This document shows, piece after piece, positions 31,507 through 41,678 of a stretch of 64,000 nucleotides of DNA. The stretch is from an uncultured Acidobacteriota bacterium (lineage in GTDB: Bacteria; Acidobacteriota; UBA6911), in the NCBI GenBank assembly GCA_963827655.1, contig CAWHCF010000007.1, positions 29,376 through 93,375 on the forward strand, written 5' to 3'. The notes below the pieces were generated by a model. The model was given only the letters and a program-made list of their open reading frames with translations, was not told the DNA's origin and did no database searches. Positions within the stretch are counted from its first letter, which is position 1. Every line of letters starts with the position of its first letter. Both the position numbers and the translations under genes were made by a program.

Positions 31507-32922
31507 ATGGCGCTCGACGATTCACTCGCCATTAATCTCCAGACCGAGACCGTCGGAGTAACCGCCGAACTGGTCGACAGGTATAACGTTCCCGGCCCCC
31601 GGTACACGAGCTATCCCACCGCGCCTGAGTGGCTCGACAATTTCGGCCCGGCTGAATTTGAGAAATCGTTCGAGGAATCGAACGCCGCGCAGCCGCAGCG
31701 CCCGCTCTCGCTCTACATGCATCTTCCGTTCTGTGACAGCCTGTGCCTTTTTTGCGGCTGCAACGTGGTGATAAACCGCAACCATGAGGTCGCTCATCCG
31801 TACATTCAAACGCTCAAGCAGGAAATCGATCGGGTCGCCCGGCGGCTGGATCGATCGCGTCCGGTCGTGCAATTCCACTGGGGTGGCGGCACCCCCACGT
31901 ATCTCAGTCCGGCGCAACTCGAGGATCTTTTTCTCCATACCAAGGAGCGCTTTACTTTTGCTCAGGATGCCGAGATTGGCCTGGAAGTCGATCCCCGGGT
32001 CACCAGCCAGGACCATGTCATGGCGCTCAGACGCCTGGGGTTCAATCGAATCTCGATGGGGGTTCAAGACTTCAATCCGCTGGTTCAGAAAACGATTCAT
32101 CGCATCCAGCCCTATGATCTCACCAGGGACCTCGTGGATTCATGCCGGGCGCAGGGCTACGAATCCATCAATATCGACTTGATCTACGGCCTGCCCCATC
32201 AAACCTCCGATACGTTTGCAGACTCGGTCGACAAGGTTATCCAGCTGCGGCCGGATCGCGTGGCGATGTTCAGCTACGCCCACGTGCCGTGGCTCAAGAA
32301 ACAGCAGAATTCCTTCGCGCAGTCTATTCCACAGGGGATGGCCAAATTCCAGATCTTCCGGGCCGGGATCGAGCGCTTTACCCGGGCTGGTTATTTCTAT
32401 ATCGGAATGGACCACTTCGCGCTGTCTGAAGACGAGTTGTACACGGCCCAGCACAATCGCACCCTGCACCGCAATTTCCAGGGGTACACGACCAAAGCGG
32501 GATCCGACCTGTTCGCCATGGGCGTCAGCTCGATCAGCGGTCTCGAGCGTGTGTACGCGCAGAATTTTCGAGATCTGAAGGATTACTACACCGCAATGGA
32601 AGGGGGCGACCTACCCACGATGCGCGGCATTCGCCTGAACCACGATGACCTGGTTCGCCGCGCCGTTATCAACCGGATCCTGTGCCACTGTGTCGTTCAC
32701 AAGAAAGAAATCGAAGACGCCTTCAACCTGGATTTTGACGAGTATTTCGCCGATGAGCTCGTACGGCTCAAGGGTCTGGAAAAAGACGGGCTGGTAAGAC
32801 TGACGTCCGATTCCCTCTTTATCACATCCCTGGGACGCATCTTTATCCGCAACGCCGGCATGGTGTTCGATAAATACTTGCAGAAGACGCAGGACAGACC
32901 GCTTTTCTCGAAAACACTTTGA
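31507..32922 (+). CDS. hemN: Oxygen-independent coproporphyrinogen III oxidase (radical SAM)
   Basis: GPRYTSYPTA, HLPFCDSLCLFCGC, GGGTPT, IGMDHF and RNFQGYT. Confidence 0.95.
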   Translation: MALDDSLAINLQTETVGVTAELVDRYNVPGPRYTSYPTAPEWLDNFGPAEFEKSFEESNAAQPQRPLSLYMHLPFCDSLCLFCGCNVVINRNHEVAHPYIQTLKQEIDRVARRLDRSRPVVQFHWGGGTPTYLSPAQLEDLFLHTKERFTFAQDAEIGLEVDPRVTSQDHVMALRRLGFNRISMGVQDFNPLVQKTIHRIQPYDLTRDLVDSCRAQGYESINIDLIYGLPHQTSDTFADSVDKVIQLRPDRVAMFSYAHVPWLKKQQNSFAQSIPQGMAKFQIFRAGIERFTRAGYFYIGMDHFALSEDELYTAQHNRTLHRNFQGYTTKAGSDLFAMGVSSISGLERVYAQNFRDLKDYYTAMEGGDLPTMRGIRLNHDDLVRRAVINRILCHCVVHKKEIEDAFNLDFDEYFADELVRLKGLEKDGLVRLTSDSLFITSLGRIFIRNAGMVFDKYLQKTQDRPLFSKTL

Positions 32923-32926
32923 GCGG

Positions 32927-33928
32927 ATGAGCATCCGGACCACACGAGGTATCCTGCTCTTTAATCTCGGAGGGCCCGAGAGACTCGACGACGTTCGTCC
33001 GTTTCTCTTCAACCTGTTTTCCGACCCCGACATCATCCGGATCAAAAACGACACGGCGCGCCGGCTGCTTGCGTGGTTCATTGCGACCACGCGGCAGCGC
33101 AAGTCGCGCGGCCTCTACCAGCAGATTGGTGGCGGCTCGCCCCTGCGAAAAATTACCGAGGGGCAGGCCGAGGCTCTTGGCATCCGCCTGTCAGAACGGG
33201 GTTACCCCGTCAAGGTCTACGTCGGGATGCGCTGCTGGCAGCCGACGATCGCTGAAGCAGTCCGTCAAATCGAGCGCGACGGGATCTCGCAACTGGTCGC
33301 ACTTCCTTTGTTCCCGCAGTTCTCCGTCACGACGACCGGCTCCTGCTTCAACTACTTCAAGAAGACGATGGCCGCGGCCGGACTTGGGCAGAAGGTCGCC
33401 GTTTCTTATGTTGAACGCTGGTTCGACGAACCCTTGTACCTGGAATCAATGGCAGACTTGATCCGGAAGGCCATGGGACGGTTCTCGGACAAGAATCCGA
33501 AGAATTCTCATCTGCTCTACAGCGCCCATTCCATCCCGGCGCGCTATGTCGAAGAGGGCGACCCCTATCTGGACCAGACCAGGGAGACGCTGACGCTGAT
33601 CGATGAACGTCTCGGGAACGTCTCCCCCTCGACACTCGCATTTCAGAGTAAGGTCGGTCCGGTGAAGTGGCTGGGCCCCTCAACCAATAGCGTGCTTACC
33701 GAGTTCGGCAGGCGTGGCACTTCGCGGGTGCTGGTAATCCCAATAAGCTTCGTCTCCGACCACATCGAGACCCTGCAGGAAATCGACATCCTCTACCGCG
33801 GACTGGCAACCAAGGCAGGGATCGCAGAGTTTGAGCGCGCCGAGTCATTGAACCTCTATCCGAAGTTTATTGAGGCTCTGGCAAACCTCTCGATTCGAGC
33901 GCTACAACAAATGACGGATCCTAAATAG
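32927..33928 (+). CDS. hemH: Ferrochelatase
   Basis: NLGGP, IGGGSPL, LFPQFS.TT, SAHSIP, FQSKVGP.KWLGP and SFVSDHIETLQEID. Confidence 0.95.
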   Translation: MSIRTTRGILLFNLGGPERLDDVRPFLFNLFSDPDIIRIKNDTARRLLAWFIATTRQRKSRGLYQQIGGGSPLRKITEGQAEALGIRLSERGYPVKVYVGMRCWQPTIAEAVRQIERDGISQLVALPLFPQFSVTTTGSCFNYFKKTMAAAGLGQKVAVSYVERWFDEPLYLESMADLIRKAMGRFSDKNPKNSHLLYSAHSIPARYVEEGDPYLDQTRETLTLIDERLGNVSPSTLAFQSKVGPVKWLGPSTNSVLTEFGRRGTSRVLVIPISFVSDHIETLQEIDILYRGLATKAGIAEFERAESLNLYPKFIEALANLSIRALQQMTDPK

Positions 33929-33978
33929 TTCTTTCGCGGCTTTGCGCCTTCGCGGTTTGCTTTTTGCACTGAGTCCGT

Positions 33979-35391
33979 ATGGAGACCGAAACGAGAAAAG
34001 TCATCGTCATCGGCGCCGGCATTGCGGGGCTCACCTGCGCTTACCGTTTGAAGCAGGCCGGCTGTCCCGTGACCGTCGTCGAATCGACCGATTGCGTCGG
34101 CGGCGTCATGCGAAGCAGTATCGAGGATGACTTCCTGTGCGAGAGAGGGCCCAATAGCTTTCAGAACATCCCTGAGATTCTCGACCTGGTTCACGAGCTT
34201 GGTCTCGATCACGAGCTTGTCACTGCCGAAGCCCGCCTTCCACGCTACATCTTCTATCGCGGGACCCTGCATCGTGCGCCCATGGCTCCGGCCGCGCTCC
34301 TGTCGACACGGCTGCTGACGGCGGCGGGGAAACTGAGAATCGTTCGCGAGTTGTGGACCAAAGCGGGTTCAGACGGCCAGGATGAGAGTCTTTCAAATTT
34401 TGTGATACGTCATTTCGGGACCGAGGTGCTCAGGAATTTCGTCGCGCCGCTTGTTTCCGGAATCTATGCCGGCGATCCTTCTCGCTTGAGCGCTCGGTCC
34501 GCCTTCCCCTACCTGATTGATCTCGAAAGAGAATACGGCAGCTTGATCAAGGGCCTTGTGTTCTCGGCCAGGCGCTCGGCAAAACCCCGTAGACCTCGGC
34601 AGCTCTGTTCGTTCCAACAGGGCCTGCAGCGCTTGCCTTTGCGTCTTGCGGAAAAGATCGGAGCTGACAACATCATGCTCGGCGGGCAGGTTCAAAACCT
34701 CCGGGCGATACCGCGGGATGGACGGAATGCTTTCACCGTGACCTTTTCGACCGCGGAAGGATCGCGAGAACTCGTCGGGAATGCGGTCGTGATCGCAACG
34801 CCGGCTTATGAGGCCGCCGTCCTGGTGCGGTCATTCTCGACCAGCTGCGCAACCGAGCTTGCGTCGATTGAATATCCTCCTCTCGCCGGTCTTTGCCTGG
34901 CCTACAGGAAATCAGACGTTCCGCATCCCCTCGATGGCTTCGGCTTCCTGGTACCTAGAGGCGAAGGGGTACGGTTTCTGGGCTGTATCTGGAGCTCGAC
35001 ACTCTTTCGCGGAAGGGCGCCGGCTGATGCCGCCTTGTTTACTATCTTTGTTGGGGGCGCGACCGATACTGGAATTGCTTCACTGAGCGATGGTCAAGTC
35101 GTGGACGCGGCGCTTGAAGATCTCCGGACCACGCTGAAGATCACCGCGGCGCCGCGAATCATGGCGGTCCATCGCTACCAACGCGCCATTCCGCAGCCCA
35201 CCCTGGGTTACGAGGCGCGCTTAGAGCGCATCGACCAGGAGCTCGGAAAAATTCCGGGAATCTATCTTGCGGGAAACTACCTGCGAGGCGTTTCAATCCC
35301 GGACTCAGTGAAGCAGGCCAGCGAACTGGCTAATCGAATCAGCAGGGAGTCGGCGGCGCCTGGGCGAGACCGCAATTCTTTGGCATACTAG
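33979..35391 (+). CDS. hemG: Protoporphyrinogen/coproporphyrinogen oxidase, FAD-dependent (HemY-type)
   Basis: IGAGIAGL, ERGPNSF, GIYAGDP, GFGFLVP, AIPQ and AGNYLRGV. Confidence 0.93.
   Translation: METETRKVIVIGAGIAGLTCAYRLKQAGCPVTVVESTDCVGGVMRSSIEDDFLCERGPNSFQNIPEILDLVHELGLDHELVTAEARLPRYIFYRGTLHRAPMAPAALLSTRLLTAAGKLRIVRELWTKAGSDGQDESLSNFVIRHFGTEVLRNFVAPLVSGIYAGDPSRLSARSAFPYLIDLEREYGSLIKGLVFSARRSAKPRRPRQLCSFQQGLQRLPLRLAEKIGADNIMLGGQVQNLRAIPRDGRNAFTVTFSTAEGSRELVGNAVVIATPAYEAAVLVRSFSTSCATELASIEYPPLAGLCLAYRKSDVPHPLDGFGFLVPRGEGVRFLGCIWSSTLFRGRAPADAALFTIFVGGATDTGIASLSDGQVVDAALEDLRTTLKITAAPRIMAVHRYQRAIPQPTLGYEARLERIDQELGKIPGIYLAGNYLRGVSIPDSVKQASELANRISRESAAPGRDRNSLAY
35094..35346 (+). repeat. Direct repeat copy 1 (hemG 3' end); copy 2 at 41308-41560
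   Basis: 192 bp identical by eye, then 8 mismatches in 61 bp. Confidence 0.93.
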
Positions 35392-35537
35392 TTAATTAGC
35401 ACGTAATTTAGCCCGGCCCAGGCAATGAAGCTTGACCTGAAACTAGTTCGACTTGCGCACGAAGTTCACAGTTCGATCAAGTTTACCCGCCCGAGTCGGC
35501 GACTGGTCGCCACCTGGAGTGTTTGTACACTTCGCGG

Positions 35538-35627
35538 CCAAGCGGCAGCAAGCTTGCGCACTCCAAAGGTGGGCTCTTGGAGTGCGGAAGCTTGCTACTG
35601 CCTTGGTTTGGCGAAGCTGCTTCGCCA
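35538..35627. repeat. REP-like palindrome (AAGCGGCAGCAAGCTTGCGCACTCCAA / TTGGAGTGCGGAAGCTTGCT)
   Basis: Imperfect ~29-bp IR plus the TGGCGAAGCTGCTTCGCCA hairpin. Confidence 0.7.
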
Positions 35628-35739
35628 GTGGCTTCTCCGCGGTATGACCTGTCACTACGCCCGCCTACACGCGACATTAACGAGCTAGCTTCCGCCTCGG
35701 ACCGACTGGGGCCGGACGACCGCCTTGCCAATGACGTCG

Positions 35740-36678
35740 TTAGTGCCCGCCGCCTTTTTCTCTCGTCGTGACGTAGAGGTCTAGGCCACCGAAGCCGCCC
35801 GGACGATCCGACGTAAAGAAGAGCATGCGCCCATCGGACGACAGGTACGACGGCGCATCGTTCGATGTGCTATTCACTACGAAGCCAAGATTCACGGGCA
35901 TTGACCAGCTGTCAAACACGGTCTGGCGGGTGGACGCCCAGAGATCGGCTCCGCCAAGCGTGCCAGAGCGGTTTGAGAAGAAAATGATCTCCAGGCCGTC
36001 GAAACGAATCGTGGGTCGACGGTCGGCTTGCGGACTGCTGAGCTCTGATACGAGCGTCGCGGGGCCGAACGATCCATCCGCCGTCTGCGCGCTGACGTAG
36101 ATATCTTCCCCACCAGGTCCTCCGGCTCGCGTGCTCCCGAAAAAGAGCAGCGGCGTGCCCGCCTCCTCGTTCTCGAAGTAGCTCGCACCCGCGTCAAACG
36201 TGTCGGAATTGACGCCGGGTCCCAGATTGATCGGCGGCTGCCAGCCGAAGTCGTCGTGGATGTTCGTTCGCCAGGAGGCCCAGATGTCGTCGCCCCCGAC
36301 TCCCCCGGGGCGCTCGCTGACAAAGAACATCCAGTGACCGTCCCGAGAGAAGGCTGGCGCGCGTTCCCCAAAAGACGTATTGACCGGCGGCCCCAGATTC
36401 ACAGGGACGCCCCACGGGTCGTCAACACTATTGCGCTGCGAGACCCAGATGTCGCTGGAACCCAGGCTTCCAGGTCGATCCGAACTGAAGTAGAGGCTCA
36501 GCCCTTTCTTGGAAACGGCCGGCGCGAAATCGCCAAATGGTGAATTGACGATGGGCCCGAGGTTGACCGGAGTAGACCAGTCCGAAAACTTCCGAGCAGC
36601 CGCCGCATTGTACGCAACCAGGCCCAGCACTAGCAGGACAGTCAGAATGAGGCTGATGCGGTAAATGTTACGTTTCAT
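35740..36678 (-). CDS. Secreted PD40/WD40-like (TolB-type) repeat protein
   Basis: Signal peptide from MKRNIYR; repeated P.NLG..VN...D..P..S.DG..LFF.SDRPG..G..DIW. Confidence 0.88.
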   Translation of the reverse strand: MKRNIYRISLILTVLLVLGLVAYNAAAARKFSDWSTPVNLGPIVNSPFGDFAPAVSKKGLSLYFSSDRPGSLGSSDIWVSQRNSVDDPWGVPVNLGPPVNTSFGERAPAFSRDGHWMFFVSERPGGVGGDDIWASWRTNIHDDFGWQPPINLGPGVNSDTFDAGASYFENEEAGTPLLFFGSTRAGGPGGEDIYVSAQTADGSFGPATLVSELSSPQADRRPTIRFDGLEIIFFSNRSGTLGGADLWASTRQTVFDSWSMPVNLGFVVNSTSNDAPSYLSSDGRMLFFTSDRPGGFGGLDLYVTTREKGGGH

Positions 36679-37077
36679 CGATGTCTCCTTTCGGGTACAA
36701 AGTTGTCGAGAATTCTTTGTTCGATTAGTCTGCAAGGGACACCAGGAATCCGCGGTGAAAGGACAGGGGGCCGCGTGGCGAGCGACCCGCCGCAACCCCG
36801 AAGGATGTATGGTCTTGCGGGTGGCGTTGCTCTCCTTCCATTACTCGCGCTTCCGCGCTCGGGACGGTGCACGCGACCGACTTGCGACCTTCTTCGCTCT
36901 GTGGCTTGCGTTCGTCTCACATTATCCATGTGCGCGGCCCCTGTACTTTCACCACGGGCTCCCAGGCATCCAAACACTCTTACGAGTTCGGGCCTTCCCG
37001 TCTCCACCCGGTCGAGGCTCTACCGCGACGAGGTGGTCGGTGCCGGGCGTTCGCCGCTTGCTGCTTACTCATTCGGG

Positions 37078-37106
37078 AAGGCGAAAACTCGCGGCGAATT
37101 GGCTCA
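37078..37106 (-). promoter_or_regulatory. Putative ECF-dependent promoter facing the PD40 gene
   Basis: Minus strand TGAGCC-N15-TTCGC. Resemblance to kinase-associated ECF promoters is from memory, not verified. Confidence 0.3.
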
Positions 37107-37311
37107 GCCAACTTGAATTTTTTTTGACCGCAACTTAGAATCGGCACAATTGACCAAAGAAAGTGAGGACGCTTAACACACCCGTCGCGCGGTGGCGGTG
37201 TTAGTCTGGATTGACCATGTCATGCAGGTGAGGGAGACGGAAAGGTAGGTCTTGATTTGCTTTCATCTCTCTCCGCAGCCTGACCATCCGGGCTTCCGGA
37301 CAGAGGCAGCG

Positions 37312-37875
37312 ATGTCCTCCCAGGCAAGCATCACCAAACTGCTCAAGCAGTGGCGCAACGGCGATCAAGAAGCCTTTAATGAATTGTTGCCGCAGGTCTA
37401 TGGTGAGCTGCGGCGTCTGGCCAATTATTACCTGCGCCAGGAGCGGCCAGGTCACACACTGCCAAGCAGTGCCTTAGTTCATGAGGCCTACCTGCGTCTG
37501 GTAGATGAAAAAGGGGTGGATTGGCAAAACCGGGCGCACTTCTTCGGCATCGCCGCCGTGCGGATGCGCCACATTCTGGTAGAGCACGCCAGAAGCCGGC
37601 AAGCAGCTAAGCGAGATGGAGGCAGCTATAGGCTGTTGCTCGGTGAGGCGGTTCGACCGGCTGAAAGACCCGACGTTAACCTGCTTGCGCTAGATGAGGC
37701 GCTCCAGAGGTTGGAGGCGTTGGACCCGCAGAAGGTGCGCATTGCGGAGTTGCGGTATTTTGGCGGGTTGACGATTGAGGAAACGGCGGAAGCGCTAAAG
37801 ATTTCGCCAGCAACAGTCAAGCGCGATTGGAGTATGGCCAGGGCTTGGCTGCGCAGCGAGATCAGCAACACATAG
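37312..37875 (+). CDS. ECF sigma factor, Ser/Thr-kinase-associated (TIGR02999-like)
   Basis: ITKLL..WRNGD, HTL.SSALVHEAYLRL, WQNRAHFFGIAA and ELRYFGGLTIEE...VKRDWSMARAWL. Confidence 0.92.
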   Translation: MSSQASITKLLKQWRNGDQEAFNELLPQVYGELRRLANYYLRQERPGHTLPSSALVHEAYLRLVDEKGVDWQNRAHFFGIAAVRMRHILVEHARSRQAAKRDGGSYRLLLGEAVRPAERPDVNLLALDEALQRLEALDPQKVRIAELRYFGGLTIEETAEALKISPATVKRDWSMARAWLRSEISNT

Positions 37876-37877
37876 CG

Positions 37878-40800
37878 ATGACACCTGAACGCTGGAAAAA
37901 ACTGGAAGCCTTGTTCGAGGAGGCTGTGGAGCTGCAGGGGGAAGCGCGGGTGGCCTTGCTGGCGCAGGCCTGCGGCAGCGACGAGCTGTTGCGCGAGCAG
38001 GCTGAGAGATTGATCGCCGCTCATGAGAGAGAAGGCAGCTTCATGGACTCACCAATCTTTGCGGAAGCCGCGGAGCTCGCCAATCATGATCACCATGAAT
38101 CTCCGGTTGGACAGTGCATAGGCCCCTACCAGGTCATCAGCCAACTCGGTCAGGGTGGAATGGGAGAAGTCTACCTGGCTGAGGACACCCGGCTCGGGCG
38201 CAGGATCGCACTAAAAGTGCTTCCCGCTTCCTTCACCCAAAATTCGGATCCCGTGCGCCGCTTTGAGCGAGAGGCGCGCGCGGCCTCGGCTCTTAATCAC
38301 CCGAACATCCTCACCGTCTACGAAACCGGACAAGTGGACAACACCTACTTCATCGCCACCGAGTTCATTGACGGCAAAACGCTGCGGCAGCAGATGGCGG
38401 GCAAACCGATGTCAAGGGGCGAGATGCTGGATGTAGGCACTCAAGTTGCCAGTGCCCTGGCAGTGGCCCACGAGGCTGGGATTGTGCATCGGGATATCAA
38501 GCCGGAAAACATTATGGTGCGGCGCGATGGGTACGTCAAAGTCCTGGACTTTGGCCTGGCCAAACTCACTGAATCACCAGCGACGTCAATCGAGAGTCAG
38601 GCAGCCACAGCAGCTACGATTCAGCACAGAGACACGGATGCTAATGGGCACCACACACTACATGTCCCCGGAGCAAGCGCAGGGGAAAAAGGTGGATGGT
38701 CGCAGTGATATCTTCAGTTTAGGAGTTGTGCTTTATGAAATGGTGACAGGCAAAAGGCCATTCGACGGCGCCACGACGACAGACCTGATCGCGGCGATTC
38801 TCAAGACTGAGCCGCCGCCGTTGACAGATTGCTCGCTTGAGGCGCGGCCCGAGTTAGAGCGGGTCATCAGCAAAGCCCTACGCAAAGACCCCGAGCATCG
38901 CTACCAGGTCGTCGGGGACTTGCTCCGTGATCTCAAGGACCTGAAGCAAGAGCTGGAGTGGGAAGCTAAGCAGGCGCGCGTTCATCAGCGTGAGGCTTAT
39001 GCGGAAACGGCCGCCGTCACTCATCAACCGGTGAAAGAACTGATCCCGCAGGTTGACGTTGCTCGCCTGAGACACAAGCTCAGTTAAGAGCGCGACCTCA
39101 AGCGCTAAAGACTTAGCTAATTCCCTTGGGCCGCGCGCTCGCGCCGCGATTTTCCTACTCGGAGCCGCTATCGCTCTTTCCGCCTGGTTCGCCTCCTCCA
39201 ATCGCGCGCCAGTTATCACTGAGAAAGACACTTTGCTGCTGGCCGACTTCGTGAACACGACTGGCGACGCCGTCTTCGACGGCACACTCAAACAGGCGCT
39301 CGCGGTGCAATTGGAACAGACCCCCTTTCTTAATCTCTTCCCCGAGGAGCGGGTGCGCGAGATGCTGCAGTATATGGGACGCTCGCCGGATGAGCGGGTG
39401 ACGAAAGACGTCGCGCGCGAGATCTGCCGGCGGCAGGGAATAAAGGCCGTGATCGTCGGTTCGATCGCGAATCTCGGTCGCAACTATGCCATTACTCTGG
39501 AGACCACCACCGCCCAAACCGGCGAAGTAATGGCCCGGTGGCAGGTCGAAGCCGAAGGTAAAGAACAGGTGCTGCGGGCGCTGGGAAAGGCGGCCACCGA
39601 GTTACGCGAGAAGCTGGGCGAGTCGCTTGGTTCGATCCAGAAATTCGACGCGCCGCTGGAACAGGCCACGACCTCATCGCTGGAAGCACTCAGAGCTCAC
39701 TCCCTGGGACTTGAGGTGGGAAAACCACAGGGGAACACTGATTGAGGCGATTCCATTCTTCAATCGTGCGATTGAACTGGATCACAATTTTGCCCTTGCC
39801 TACGCACTATCTGGCAGCAACGTATAACAACACCAGTCAGCCGGGGCTGGCGGCGGAATACGCCGAGAAGAGCATTTGGGCTACGGGACCGAGCTAGTGA
39901 ACTCGAGAAGCTCCATATTTCTGCTTTCTACTATAGAAACGTAGCAGGGGAACTCGATAAGGCGCTTGCAGTAACCGAGTTGTTCAACCAAACCTACCCG
40001 CGTTATCCCAATGCGCATTATCTGCTTGGTAATTGTTACCGGGACACTGGTCAGTACGAAAGAGCCCTCGAACCCTACCGCGAGGCCAGCCGCCTTGATC
40101 CGAATTGGTGGCAACCCTATCGAAACCTGGGGTTGGCATTGATGCGTCTTAATCGTTTCGACGAGGCCCAACAGGTGATCGAGCGAGCCTGGCACAGAAG
40201 TTAGACGGCACCGGCTACCACACGCAGCTCTATCAAATCGCTTTTGTCCGCGGAGATCAAGCCGCCCTGAAGGCGCAGCGTGACTGGTCCGGCGGAAAAT
40301 CGGAGGAGTATCAATTACTCGATTTTCAAGCTCAGGCGGTGGCCTATGCTGGACAGCATCGCCAGTCGCGCGAACTTTTTGAGCGCGCCGCCGCGCTGGC
40401 TGAGGCGCGCAATCTGAAAGAACCCGCGGCTAGGATTTCAGTCGAGAATGCGCTTACAAAGCGCGCTCTTCGGTTTTTGCCTGCAGGCCAAAGAAGACGC
40501 TGCCGGAGATTTGGGCGCTGTCGCCGAGAGAGTTCGCGGTTGGTCTCCCTGTGCAGCCGAAGGCAGCCCTGGCTTTGGCCCTGTGCGGCAATGTCGGCCA
40601 GGCGCAGTCGCTCGCCAACGATATCGCGTTGAAGTATCCCCAGAGTACCCTTAGCCACGCGGTCTGGCTGCCGATGATCCGCGCCGCCGTCGAAATCCGG
40701 CGCGGCAATCCTGACCAAGCTATTCAATTGTTGCAGCCGGCCAGCCAGTATGAAGCCGTGGGGCAATTCTGGCCCAATTTCCTGCGCGGCCAAGCTTACT

Positions 40801-41045
40801 TGCGACTGAAAAAGGGGCCTGAGGCAGCCGTCGAGTTTCAGAAGATTCTCGACCACCGGGGTTGGAATCCTGTTTCTGCTCTCTACCCATTAGCGCATTT
40901 GGGTCTGGCGCGGGCATCGGCGGTCACGGGGGATGTGCCCAGGAGCCGCAAGCGATATCAAGATTTCTTTGCATTGTGGAAGGATGCTGATTCTGATCTA
41001 CCGATTCTGGTGCAAGCGAAACGAGAATACGAAAAACTAAGATAA
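37878..41045 (+). pseudogene. Hanks-type Ser/Thr kinase-TM-TPR protein with multiple frameshifts
   Basis: [45 protein letters not shown], TPRs and WKDAD.DLPIL..AKREY spread over at least 6 frame segments. Confidence 0.85.
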
Positions 41046-41307
41046 GTCGTTCATCGTTGCGGCTGTAAAGTCATGAATGACCTCCATCCGAATGCGACCA
41101 GAACCCTTCAATTGCCGCGACGACCAGCGTTGCCCGAGGACTTTTGACACGCGAGCTGACTCATGCGTGAGCACGGGGGCTCGGCTAATGTCGGAGCTCG
41201 CTCAGCAGCACCTTCGATGCGGCGCTGTGCTGGAAGGACGCTGTCGCAGGCAGATAGGGAGTGGGGTAACCAGGATCGACCGGAAGCCAGGGGGCGGATC
41301 GGCCAGT

Positions 41308-41566
41308 TCAAGTCGTGGACGCGGCGCTTGAAGATCTCCGGACCACGCTGAAGATCACCGCGGCGCCGCGAATCATGGCGGTCCATCGCTACCAACGCGC
41401 CATTCCGCAGCCCACCCTGGGTTACGAGGCGCGCTTAGAGCGCATCGACCAGGAGCTCGGAAAAATTCCGGGAATCTATCTTGCGGGAAACTACCTGCGG
41501 GGCGTTTCAATCCCAGACTCAGTGAAGCAGGCCGGCGAAGTAGCGAATAGAATCAGTAGGCAGTAG
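41308..41566 (+). pseudogene. Duplicated 3' fragment of hemG
   Basis: Encodes VDAALEDLRTTLKI...ANRISRQ*; no 5' part. Confidence 0.9.
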
Positions 41567-41677
41567 GCCGAGGATCGCGTCGGACGCTGAATCAATTCGC
41601 CTGCGTCCGGCACCTCGCCGGGCGTGCTATCATTGTTTTTTCTACCGACTGCCTAATGCTTACTGCCTGCCGCTTGC
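41554..41677. repeat. 7-mer tandem/inverted repeat (CAGTAGG / CCTACTG-like)
   Basis: CAGTAGGCAGTAGGC...ACTGCCTAATGCTTACTGCCTGCCGC. Confidence 0.6.
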
Positions 41678-41678
41678 C

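Noticed and set aside
41046-41307. Integrase remnant at the island's right border
   Set aside because: No tyrosine or serine recombinase motifs in the frames I read.
35094-41566. hemG duplicate as a DGR template/variable repeat pair
   Set aside because: Mismatches are not adenine-specific (C/G, T/G and C/T occur), most are synonymous, and no reverse transcriptase is present.
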